From: Aplysia californica
Taxonomy: Eukaryota
Direction of reading: 5' to 3'
Assembly: GCF_000002075.1 (NCBI RefSeq)
Contig: NW_004797681.1
Location: 395,814-459,292, forward strand
DNA: 63,479 nt
This document shows, in pieces, positions 46,747-58,300 of the stretch. A model generated the notes under the pieces. The model did not search any database, was not told where the DNA came from, and saw only the letters and a program-made list of their open reading frames with translations. Within the stretch, counting starts at the first letter, position 1. Each line of letters opens with the position of its first letter. The translations under genes were made by a program, and so were the position numbers.

Positions 46747-47519
46747 GGGGGGGGGGGGGGGTGACTGGGTAAGATGCCACTAGTAGAGAGATTTTGTTTT
46801 GTTCTCTGTGATGGGTTGCGCAAAACCCTGGTTACTCTGTTGGTTTCAATTTTATTTACTTAATCTGATTCTGGTCTGTGTGATAACTGGTGACTTCTCT
46901 TGAATCCTTTTTGTTGGTGCTTTCACATCATATCCTGGTCAACAGAAAGTTGCTGGTGTGGCCTTTTTTTTCTTCTTTTTCTTCTTTTGTTTTTTTTTGG
47001 GGGGGGGTGTTTTTGGTCCATTCAGCAACATTGACAGTAAGCAGCATCCTGGATGTTTCTCACAGACATGTTGATGAAGTGTTCAGATAAAACAGCTGCT
47101 ACAGCTTGTTCACTTTCGCCTGACCACATGAAAAAGGCTTTCATCACACCCCTGTATGTTAGTGAGCAAAGACATTTTTGAAGAAAAAAATCTTATCCAG
47201 TAATAAGAAAGTTTCTTTAATTGGCCCAGTATTAAACACTGCCCCTTGGGAGCATGCACAGGATCCCTACAATAAAATTGAATGATTTATGGTAACATAG
47301 CTTGCAAATTGCCCATTTTCATTTTGAGACACCAACCGCACCCTGCCCTGACATGTCAGTGTTAGCTTGTACTTGCGCACTCACTCTAAAAACTGTTGGA
47401 CTATGTTTCATAGGCGTGCTTTAATGATTAGGCGAGGTTTTGGTGATAATGGGTCAAATTTGGATGTTGAATGCTGTAAATCTACCATTTTTAAAAATAT
47501 TTTTTTTTAAACGACTTAA

Positions 47520-48207
47520 GGGGAGGAGCGACCCTTGATTTTGCAGATTTTGGGTCAGGCTATGCACATTTTATGTTGGCTGATTTTTTAAGATCAACCG
47601 GTTTTTTGTCTAAAAATAGCATGGATACAATTAAGAAATACTTTATTCTCAAGGTAAATTGCCTTTAAAAACATGAGGAAGGATTAATATAGCGAATTTT
47701 CACAATTTTTGTCGGTTTTCGAAAAATGTAATTTTTGTGCAGTTTTTTCCCTACTTCTTCCTTAGTTTTCATCCTTTTGACATGAAACTTGCAGGAAACA
47801 TAGTTGGCAAGGCTGCCATCAATGTAACAGAGATATATCTGTGAAAAAAATATAAATTTTCCATTGGCGGGCGATTACGCTATCTAAATTTAGAAAAAGT
47901 TTTTTTATACTTTGGAAAAATTCTTTTTTTTTTTCTTTTGTACTTATTGAAAAAAACTTGCTGTTACTCTGATAGGGTCTGGTTCAGGTATACTGTCACC
48001 AAATTTGGTCTATAAATAAGAAAGCCTTAGGAATTTGAAATTCTTTGTTTATTTTCAAGATGGCGGCCGTTTCTATAGCAACCGCTGTAGCTGTGCCAAA
48101 ATAAAATTGTGTACCAAGAGATTTTACTATGGCTAACTTATATATATACTTAGATTTGATCTCAGGCAACAAACATAGAAAATGGTCCTCAAGGGTAGCT
48201 CCTCCCG
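47520..48207. mobile_element. Kolobok-like non-autonomous DNA transposon
   Basis: TTAA|ggggaggagcgacccttga ... tcaagggtagctcctcccg|TTAA; purine start rather than the piggyBac CC. Confidence 0.75.
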
Positions 48208-49471
48208 TTAAGGCTTACATCAAAGAAAATGTGTCAGAACCGTAGTCTACAGTAGCCTACATTATTAGAGTATTGTATTCTTTTGGTCATCCAACTTTTA
48301 GACCCGCATGCAAAGATCTGTGAAGGTGAATCCGAACTAATTTTTAAAAATCTTGTTTTAACCTGACCAGAGGAAAGTGAACGAGCTGCAGGGTAGAATG
48401 GAATGCAGAACAGAACTGGGGAGTTGTACTCAGGCTCTGTGAATGTTGTTTGGCTCTCTGCCATCTCCTGGTTGTTGCTATTTTTATTATTCGCTCTGCG
48501 CTCATACCTAACCAGCCAAAATTTGTGTACTTTTAGCATCAGGGTTTTCTGTTCTATTGAGTCATGAATGTGACGTTTGTGAGTGATGTTTGGCCAGTAT
48601 GCAAAGAAAAGAGTTTCCTAAGACAAAGGAAGAATTCAATTGCCTCTCACCCCGTGGTAGCCAAGACGATTATTGTTGGTCATTTTTGTGCGAGTGGGTG
48701 TGTCTTGTCCAGGGTTTTTGTTGAGGACTGGGCAGCGGCAACTCTGTAGTGAGAGTGGGACTGGGCACGGTGGTGGGTCGGGCTGGTCTCGTATGCTTTT
48801 GTTACCCGTCTACTTAATTTGACTGGTTCGCCCATCTTGTAACATGACAAGAACTCGCGTGTTGCTCAAAAGCACCATGATTGTTTCGTTTCGTTGCAGT
48901 TGCAACTTTTTGTGTAAGCAAATTGTAAATTTGTACATGTAGAGAGAGTATTTTTGCAACCCCCTCCTTCAAAATTGCACAACTGAAGAAATCACCATTT
49001 GATTTCTTAAGAAAATTATCTATTTATGATTAATGTTGATTGATTGTATTGATGTATGTATGTACAAAAACTAATTGTTATGACTTTATTCATGCTAAAT
49101 ACTGTACTCTGTGTGAAATTTCAGAGATCTTGGGTGGTGTCTTTTTTGGCATTGAATTTTTAGCATATGTATTGACAAGTTTGCTGGGTTGGTGTTATTT
49201 CAGTGATAGTCATGGGAAAGGGGGGGGCGTCTCTGGACAATCTTGTCTTTGAAAAGTTTCCAGTTGCATGTCAAGCATTGTAGGTGTTCTGCAGCCTCAT
49301 TGTGTTTCAGATTTCAATATTGAGAGGCCTACTCTCCACTGGTATTTTGAAGGGCCTAATAAAACTTTTAACGCATAGTGTGACAAAGTGTTGCTTGTCT
49401 GTGATTGTTCTGGTAATGTTGAGGACTTTGGTGTGACCCATCTTGTGTTGTGACGACTTTGGCTTTTCTTA

Positions 49472-49472
49472 A

Positions 49473-49513
<41 letters not shown>
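49472..49513. repeat. (TA)n microsatellite
   Basis: Direct reading. Confidence 0.9.
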
Positions 49514-49517
<4 letters not shown>

Positions 49518-50063
49518 AGTGAACCAGAATCGTTTCGTCATGGTCATACCACAATTGCCCAAGTCATGCTTTGTGGTTTTGAGAATACTAAGATAAAAAC
49601 ATGTGTCAACTTTATAATTTTGGCAAAAATGAGTTTGGATTTTCAGTAGGCTAACTGAAACAAAATCCTGCTCCCTTTACGACTCAAAACAAGTAGTTCT
49701 AGTTAAGCATTTTTACCATGCCAATAATTAAAAACCTGAGGGGGGGGGAAACACTTTTGCTGTGGCCGGTATTCAATGTGATGGTAATAGTAATTATAAT
49801 GATAATGTGATAATGGTAAAGGGTTTTTATTTTAGTGGTTGTTGATAGGCCAATGAGGAACTTGGTTCCCTGTCTGGAGATTCATCAAGACCCTTCTGGG
49901 ATTCGAAGTTGATACTTTTACATATTACTTTTATTAGTAGTAGTTGATTTAATACTAACAAGAATTGCATTTATACATGTATAGCGCATAACCAAGCTGT
50001 ATGCACCATACAACTACATGTATTTTTACCCCATCAAATCTGAGAACACTCAAAACAAGTCAC

Positions 50064-50450
50064 CCCCCCCCGGGGCAGTGCGACTCACTGTAGTGTCTTT
50101 AGGCCATTCCCAAAGGGGGTCATTTCTCGTTCAAGCATAGTAGAATTGTAAATGGGCTGACTCATGTCACGCTCATAACTGTGCCTGATCTACAACAGGG
50201 AACTGCTGCTTTTTCTTTCCTGATCCTTACTATTGTCATTTACCTCTACTTGTTTTGTATGTTTGTCACTCTCTTGTAACCTTCTATTTCCGGGGCGCCT
50301 TGATAGTCGAAGCAGACCTTGTGCTGTTGAAGCTAGAGAGGTGAGCAGTCTAAGTCTGATTCCCTGTAAAGACTTCTCTGTTGACACCCACCCCTTGGCG
50401 CTCATATGACCTTTTATGCAGTTGCGAGCGCCGTAAAACCCTCTACTATA
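50064..50450 (+). mobile_element. R2 retroposon
   Basis: TSD caaaacaagtc on both sides. Confidence 0.88.
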
Positions 50451-50504
50451 CAAAACAAGTCGCACAGAGCAAGCAGCCGATTAAGCGCTCAAACACTAAT
50501 AAAC

Positions 50505-50662
50505 TGACAAGATCTTTCGTTGTATGTGTACTTGGGTACCCGTTCCTACCTGAGTGAAGATAGGTAAGTTTGTGTACACCTTTCCCAAGGGCACAGGTAC
50601 CAGGAGAGATTTGAACCCATGACCTTCATATTATCAGACTGACCTCTAGACCAGTGATGCCC
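50505..50662 (-). mobile_element. tRNA/CORE-type SINE fragment
   Basis: Minus strand: tggtctagagg, gggttcaaatc, cccttgggaaagg, cactcaggt..gggtaccc. Confidence 0.6.
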
Positions 50663-50687
50663 ACACACTCCCCCGGGCCTGAGTGAA

Positions 50688-50868
50688 TGGATGGTTGGCG
50701 GGTGCTCTGATGTGTGGTTTGTTCCTTCTTTCCTGTCAAACTCAAAACTTCTATCATCCTTGTCACTCCTCCCTTTGTGTTTGATGTTTCTCTCTTGTAA
50801 CTCCTCAAATCTCTGACACTTACACATCTATGACTATGACCTAATTGTGTTGCTAGTGCCGTAAAACG
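50688..50868 (+). mobile_element. R1 retroposon, diverged
   Basis: Head and tail both recognisable. Confidence 0.75.
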
Positions 50869-51209
50869 CCAGTAGCTGACCAGGTTTTTGGCTAACTGTC
50901 AGGGTTTGTTCACTGTGGACCGTTCACTTCCCACCACGACATCTGTCACAAACTCGAAAGCTTGGAGCTCAAAGAACCTATACTCTTCTCTTTGGGGCTG
51001 ATGTTTCAGTTTGTAAAAGATCCGCCATTTTTGCAGTGCCAATTTTTTCTCATCCCCCCCCCCCCTCAATTGATTTGTGTTGTACATGTACTGTATAGGT
51101 GGTGGAGATTTCAATACATGTGCTTTTCTTTAGCACTACACGCTCTTCCTTGTTAAATAGCGCGGCTTTTCTGTACAAAAGTATACAGTCTGGCACCCAT
51201 AAATAACGA

Positions 51210-51425
51210 GTGGCGTCGGTGGCCGAGTGGTTAGGTTGTTACCGGACTCGTAAACATGAGGGTAGGGGGTTTGAACCTCTGCTCGGTCCGATGTTGTGTT
51301 CTTGGGAAAGGCACTTCACACGAAATTCCCACTAGTGACTTGGCTCGGTCCTTTCGGAGATGGACTTTAAACCCGGAGGTCCCGCCTCTTCAATATCCTA
51401 CTAGTGTTAATAGAGGTTAGACATA
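51210..51425 (+). mobile_element. SINE S2
   Basis: Colinear with the reverse complement of 18664-18898. Confidence 0.8.
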
Positions 51426-51849
51426 TAAAATTTACAACAGATTTTCAGGTCCTAAATGTTTTCTGTGTACATGTATTTGAAAGATGTGCATAGCAAAATT
51501 TGTACTTAACGTAAGTATTTCTGCGGTTCGCCGATTTCGCTCTACGTGTATTATTAGGAATTTGACAAAATGTTACGATTTTTTTTTTCAATTTTACTCC
51601 TGATTCTGATTTTTTTTTTATTCGACCTTCCCAACTCACTGCCATGCCAACCTTCCCGATGTGAAAAGGGAGAAAAACTACCAGACCCGGACAGTGTACG
51701 TCTTGTGCATCTGTCTGGTTTCAACACCCACTTTGCATTGAGCCCTCGTTTGTAGTCGCTCAATGCCACTTTGCCCTTAGAAAAATATTCGACTTCACAA
51801 GTGCCAACTCCGGGAGTAAGGTAAACATTAAAGGGGTATTAGTTCGGAT

Positions 51850-53200
51850 ACGAATCGTATTCATACTGATGTCTCCTGACCCGTCACAGTCGAAGTCCTG
51901 AGAGTTCACCTGACTTGTAGTTTCTATATACATGTATTGAGAAAAAACCCCCAATAAAATCACCCACAGTGCATCTGGAGCCTGCAGCAGGGCTACATCA
52001 AGTATGCGAATGGACATTGAAGCCATCACGAAAGCACTTGATTGGATGACCCAAGATCGCCCCCACACAACCCATGCTGTTTTCTTCACAGATTCCATGC
52101 GTTCCCTCAGAAGGATCGAAAAAGGATTCCTGGGAACAGAATTGATTCAACTCATCGAAGCAACGCCTATACGATCTATACATGGCCATACTGGCATTCA
52201 GGGAAACGAAAAAGCCGTCAGGCTGCCTGGTGAGACCGCCTCAGTCGACAGCACGGTTCAACCAGACACGGTCGAGATCCTAAAATGTCTCTCGCCACCT
52301 GATTGAAGAGGAAGATAAGGAGGCAGAGGCCAGTGCTGCTATGGAGGGGATGATAGTCTTGGGAATACAAAAAAAGGAAGCGGAAAATTTGGCATCCTTG
52401 CAGGAAAGAACAGAAGAACGTTCAACTAGGTCTAGAGTGTGGTCAAAAATTCATGGTGCAACTTATTTTCAAACATCTCAACTATCAAACATAGGTTCTC
52501 CAATTTTTGAACAGTGACGTGTATCAATTTGTCTTAACTGATCAGCATTTTTGTAAACACCAGCAAGCTGTATTCTAGAAAATTCCTTAATAAATGCTAC
52601 ACGTAATTAAAAAAATCCAAGTGGGTGGTTTCTACAGATTTTTTAATGTTTACAGCTGGGGCAATATTGCTTTTAATAGCAAGTCCGCCTGGTTTTTCTA
52701 ATCGGGACATTATGCTTATTGAATGCATGTTTTGAGAGCCATTAGTGCAAAAATGTGTTCACTATAACAATAATTTCTTGTAACAAGTTTTGCAAGTAAA
52801 TTGTCATTGATGTGCTGTGACGTAGGCCATATGCGTAATCAAAATGTGTGTGAGAAGCGGGAAGTGCTGTAAACAATACCATTTTATGTGTGACAGAGAT
52901 TTCAAGTATTTTATATAAATTTACGAAGAAAAGTTTTTTAAATCTAGCCCCAATTGTTCTAGAAAAAAATTATTTAGTTAAGACAAATTGATACAAACTG
53001 CTATGCAAAGTATGGATGACATTGATTCTCCCGTTAAAGAGATATTTGAGGATAAGTTGCTCCACGAATTTTTGACCGCACTATAGATGCACTGGCACGA
53101 TCAGTAGAAAGACGCTCAGCGGCATTTTTGGCGAGAGCGGCAGAGCATCAATGGACATGTTCTGAAGGCAGGGGTGTTGCTTCCTGAAACAATGAGAAAA
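51850..53200 (+). mobile_element. Decayed RNase H-bearing non-LTR retrotransposon (I/Nimb/Ingi-group-like), split by a MITE
   Basis: IHTDVS (like IYTDGS), SSMRMDIEAITKALDW, FFTDSM, GHTGIQGNEKA in RNase H order. Confidence 0.75.
52435..53083. mobile_element. Tc1-like MITE
   Basis: TA|gagtgtggtcaaaaattcatggtgcaacttat ... ataagttgctccacgaatttttgaccgcacta|TA. Confidence 0.82.
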
Positions 53201-53480
53201 CAATGAATGCCGGTATTCTGAAAAGCTCCCAGATTAGAACTCCCAGACCTCGGAATCTCTTGATCTCTCAGGAACAGGAAGTTGTTAAAGTATCAAAGTG
53301 AAGGTTCATAAATGTCTCCACTACCAGCTCCAGAGATTTTTGAACTTTCAATTTTCAAAAATTCCATTTTGAACGCACTGTACAGATAAATTGTCTTTTC
53401 TGGTGACAAAATCCTTGTCCTCGGTTGTATCAACCCGCTTGCAATTTATTAATTTTTTTTTTTTTTGGGGGGGGGGGGAA

Positions 53481-53831
53481 TTGTTTTACAGCGCTCTCAA
53501 CAGCCTAAGGTCATATGAGCGCGCGGGACATATAAAATTTTTTTTTCATTTTCAGTTGGTAGGAAATTTAGAATTTTGTCCAGGTGGCGGCCGAAGCCTA
53601 CTCTTATTGATTTTAGGACCACTGAGGGATCTTTAACGTGCGCAGCTAGCATACAGGACCTTCGAAAGCGAAGAATAAAGTAGACGATAGAACATGATTA
53701 TAGAGCAGGAAAGGAAGTGAAAGGAGAAACTTAAGTTCAGAGAGGAAAATTTTCCGTCACTGTCCGGATGCGGACCAGGGACCTATTGAATGAGAAGCCA
53801 ACATCATAACCTCTAGACCACGAGAGTTCCC
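53481..53831 (-). mobile_element. SINE S1-related copy
   Basis: Reverse complement has a tRNA head, gcacgttaaagatccc and the shared tail. Confidence 0.75.
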
Positions 53832-54568
53832 TTGCAAAAGTCTATCAACTCTTTGTATGCCTGTTCTTTCGAGTATACACAGCGGCAATAGAAACTGTCC
53901 ACTTGGAAAGAAGCGCGTGTATTGTACATGTAGATTATTCAACACAAAAACAAAAATTGACACAGACATATTTCAAAATACATGATGTCAAGAAGTGCGT
54001 TACCTTTTGTGTCTTGATCATGTGTCATATAGAGGCACAGTGTTAAGCACAAACTGGTACCCCTTTATTTCAAAATTTCACGTCAGTAGCGGACATTATA
54101 GCCCCCCCCCCTTGCAATAATGCAAGCTCGGCATATTCTGCGCATTGATTGAGTCAATATTTTCTTTCTTATCTTAATTAATTTTTTGGGCGGTCCACTC
54201 TTGAATTGAATCAAAGCTTGCATCAGCCGTTGTACATGTGCACACTGTCAATGTCGTTTGGGAGCTCCCTCTTAGGTCCAGTCAGTTCAAGTGTAATTAT
54301 TATTGGAAAGATGGTAAACGTTGGTCATTACAGGGCCGCCTTGCTCGATGTCCGAATGTGTTTTAAGGCCGCTGTATCCTTCTATCGCTGATAACTCTTC
54401 CAGTATCTGTATGAAATTGACGCGCAGAGCTGGTCGTTATGAGAAAGTGATCTCAAAGATACCAGAGCAGTATCTGTCTGTCTTTTTTGGGCGGTATCTA
54501 TCTGTGGTCTGGGTGTGTTATGTGTAACCCCGGAGACTGACTTGGAACCAATCTTTCACTCAGGATAT

Positions 54569-55082
54569 GGGGGCTCTCTTGGCCTAGAGGTTAAGGTGTT
54601 GGCCTCTCATTCAAAGGTCCCGGGTTCGAATCCGGGTAGTGACCGAAAAATTTTCTTCTCCTTTCACCCCCTTTCCTGCTCTCTAGCAATGTTCTGTTGT
54701 CTGCTTTCATTTCCACTTTCTGCCCCCCACCCCCTCACCTCCTTTGCCCCTCCCCTGGGCTCCTGACTCTTTCTGCAGCCTTTCTACTGCTACTCCTTGG
54801 CTCCTCCGTACCGGTGTCTTTCTGCCACACCCCTGATCTTCTGGTAGGAAAGATCTACACCTAGCCTTCTCGGACAAGGGCGAAAAATCTCGGAGGGCCC
54901 GTGTGTAAGTTGCGCACGTTAAAGATCCCTTGGTGGTCTAAAATCGATAAGAGTAGGCTTAGGCCGCCACCCGGACAAAATTTAAAATTTCCTACCAACT
55001 GAAAATATTAGGTGTGTCCCGCGCGCTCATATGACCTTATGCAGTTGCGAGCGCCGTAAAACACTTTACAAAAACAAACTAA
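54569..55082 (+). mobile_element. SINE S1, full-length young copy (tRNA head, Meta/V-like domain, shared stem-loop tail)
   Basis: 11-bp TSD actcaggatat; A box tggcctagagg; B box ggttcgaatcc; gcgcacgttaaagatccc. Confidence 0.9.
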
Positions 55083-55093
55083 ACTCAGGATAT

Positions 55094-55570
55094 TAATATT
55101 TTACGGACCTTGCATTGGCTTCCTGTGGAGAAAAGAATTGTGTACAAGTTGGCCACCCTATGTCACAAATGTTTGGATGATAATGCACCATCATATTTAT
55201 CCAATCTGTTAAGACCGTACATTCCATCTCGCAGTTTAAGGTCATCAGCTGACAAAAAGAAATTAATTTTACCATCTATGAAACTTAAAACAATGGGTGA
55301 AAGGGCATTGGCCCCAAGCTCAAGATCTGAAATGCTTTGCCAAGTACTTTAAGAGAGACAAAATCTTTTGACTCCTTCAAATGTCAGCTGAAGTCGTTTC
55401 TGTTTTTACATTAATATTTAGATGAATATTTGGAGTGGTTCTGTTTTAGTTAGAACGCAACGTTTTATGTTACTGTTGTTCGTTGTACTGTATTGTAAAG
55501 TGCTCAGAGCCTGTGTACTTTAATCGGGGTTGACCGCTATATAAATGTTATTTATTATTATTATTTTATT
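55094..55570 (+). mobile_element. L2/CR1-group LINE 3' end
   Basis: LHWLPVEKRIVYKLATLCHKCL..APSYL..RSLRSS..GERA; tail tgtaaagtgctcagagc..cgctatataaat(tta)n. Confidence 0.85.
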
Positions 55571-56734
55571 GATGGTAGGATGGGAGCAATGAAACAGCCG
55601 CGCCACTCTATGAGCCGACAGTACAGCTTGGAGTACTCAAATCGCCCAACAGCGCTCCCCGAGGTTTAACCTTGGCATATTGTACAGCAATTTAAGTCAA
55701 CAAAAACCAGCTGGAATGTTTGTGTAACTTATTTTTTTTTCGGTTAAAAAATCGTTAACGTGTTGATTTAAACACGATTTTATCATTTCGGCAGAACTTA
55801 AGTCCCAAAACATGACAAAACATGTTAATTTGCATGTGGGTCACGTGACCACGTGGTTCAATTCTTGTTTAGGAAAAAGATCAGCGCGGAGTCATCGTTG
55901 GGTACATGGTGAGTGATGTGCAAAATTTTGCTACTAACTCAGGTAAACAAGGGCGCAGTTACAAAAAACATAAAATAAAAAATAAAGTGGAAAGTTTCTA
56001 TTGCCACTGGGATACTTTATTTCTGTACATGTTTATTTTCCAGAGGGTCTCTTTTGAATGATACAGACCTATAAACTCTATTATGATATAATTTGGTTGA
56101 TTTTAAGAACAAAGGAGCTATCCCGTAAAATATAGTGTATGAGAAAATCGAAGGTAAAGTTTTTGCCCCTTGTTCAGTTTCTTTAAAAGACAATGAGAGT
56201 TTTCTCTATAACCAAACACATATACCAGTAAAAAAAATAAAAAAAATTATCCTATAGGTAGGGCAATGCTCACTTTTGGTGAAGGTCAAGATTTCTGGAA
56301 ACCCCCGAAATCTGGGTTAGCCCGCTTGTCCTTAAAAGCGGCCATTTGACCTAGAAGCCATAGGAACTATAGCATGTTGGTTGTTTCGTTTCTATTCTTC
56401 TATTAATGGCTATTGATTTTCTCCACTGAATTTTCCACCATCTTGAAGAGAGAAGAAAAACTGACCAAGTCTGGATGAAAATATCTGACAGCTCCTGATA
56501 GTTTGGCGAACGGATAGATTCATCCTACAGTCATCTAGATTTCATCAGTTGTTTATTGCAGCGTCAGTTTGGTCGAACTGGTCATTGTGTCAACAGAATC
56601 GTATGAATTAGATTGGTCCATTTCGTCGTGTGTGTAGTAATATAGGCTTTAGACTGACAAGATATTAGAAATTTTTTGTCCTTTTGTGTTGAGGGTGATA
56701 GCCTAAGACATTGAGAGAATTAATTTAAAAATGT

Positions 56735-57164
56735 GAGGCAGCGTGGTGGAATAAGGCTCTCGTCAAAATAATCAAAGAGAAGAAACTTGCATTTTTCCGC
56801 AGGTTTGTGGATTTTTATCAAATTTTTATTTTTTGGCTCAATACCTTTCATGCCCATTAAAAACTCATTTCTGTGTGGATTTTTCAGAAAAACGCTGATT
56901 AAAGACACAAAAGATGTAAATTTTTCAGTTACCACGAACCCTTAAGCTTAGGAAATAACGAATCTTTGGCGGCCAATTTTTCACTAATTTTACCTCTGAA
57001 AACAGGTGACCCCCACCTCCTTCATTCTCAAATATCTCAACTTGTATTTAAGATAAACGGATTTTTTTTCATCCAAATAAAGACAATTGAACAAGCTTTA
57101 AGATGATACCAATAACTCTATGTGCCCAAAAATTGACGAGAGCCTGATTCCACCATGCTGCCTC
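56735..57164. mobile_element. MITE with ~31-bp TIR (Kolobok-like), possibly nested in a larger element ~55582-57758
   Basis: gaggcagcgtggtggaataaggctctcgtcaa / ttgacgagagcctgattccaccatgctgcctc. Confidence 0.75.
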
Positions 57165-58125
57165 ATAAATGGATCATTGTTTGAAACTTGCAACAACTAG
57201 GCTACAAACTTCAATGTAAGTTGAGGATCATTAGCAAACAGTCTGAGAGCTCTTCTTGAGTCGACCTGAACGTGGGCGTTATTGGACTGCTCCAGTGGCT
57301 TAATGGTGCTGCCTCAAGCGGACAATGCCAGTCTGACACACTGCAAGCCTTCTGGCAACTTCTCGGGCTCCATCCTGCAGTCATGCCATAGCTCTGGCAC
57401 GATCAAAGTCTCTCAGTTTTCGTCTTGGTGGCATTTTGATGCGATACTGGATTTTGCGCAAACGGCGGCTTATATTGCTACCAAAGTGAGCCCAGTTCGA
57501 GACCGTCGTCGTTTATGACGTGCACCAGAAATTTTAACTGAGAAATGTCCGTTGTGTCGCACACAAGTCGATAAAAACATCAAATTTGGCAAAAATTGCT
57601 CGTGGATTTCCGTGCTGCATGTGATGGTTTTGTCACTTTTGGAAGCTTTGCAGTACGCATTGATAACCCATTAACCCTTTCAGAGCAAAAAATTGTGAAA
57701 CATTCCTTGGTCTTTTTTTTCAGATTTCTAAAAAATCACGGCTGTCTCAATGTGGTCCTTAACTGATGCTGAAGTCTGTAGCTACGGAGGGTGCGAGGCA
57801 TGTGGCATGGTGTGTTCAGGATCAAAGGCTTGTGACGTATTCTGTAGTGCCAAAGGTTGCTTTGTTTTCACAAGCAGCAACTACCCCCCTCCCCCCCCCC
57901 GACAATGACGTTACATATACTATACTTAAATACAACCCCTGTCCTTGACAATCCAGAGAAGAATACCCTTGACCATATTCCAACATTTTAAGACAAATTA
58001 CTAATGTTCTGTCGGTTAGTTACTAAAACATAATATGCCGAGAAGAGAAAAGAAACAAGATATTCCTCCAGCTGTTCACCAAAAAAACCTGGTACCGTAC
58101 CTTTTTAGTTTAAACAAAAAAAAAG

Positions 58126-58300
58126 AGTTTCAGTAGAGGTTTTACGGCACTCGCAACTGCATAAGGTCATATGAGCGCCATAAGATTAGAGGTGTTATAA
58201 GTGAGTAACAAACATAAAAAAAAGAAGGGGAGATATGGACAATATATGTTTGATAGGAAAGAAGAAGCAAACCACACCAGAGCACCCGCCAACCACCCAC
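58126..58300 (-). mobile_element. R1 retroposon, the only minus-strand copy
   Basis: Reverse complement matches 13142-13320. Confidence 0.88.

Noticed and set aside
50115-50140. TTCTCGT loop suggesting an HDV-like ribozyme at the R2 5' end
   Set aside because: No flanking P3 pairing or P1/P2 pseudoknot could be built by eye.
54569-54645. tRNA-like sequences (also 6094, 18820-18898, 51210-51290, 53760-53831)
   Set aside because: They are SINE heads: each continues into a repeat body and tail, two have clear TSDs, and none has a proper acceptor stem.
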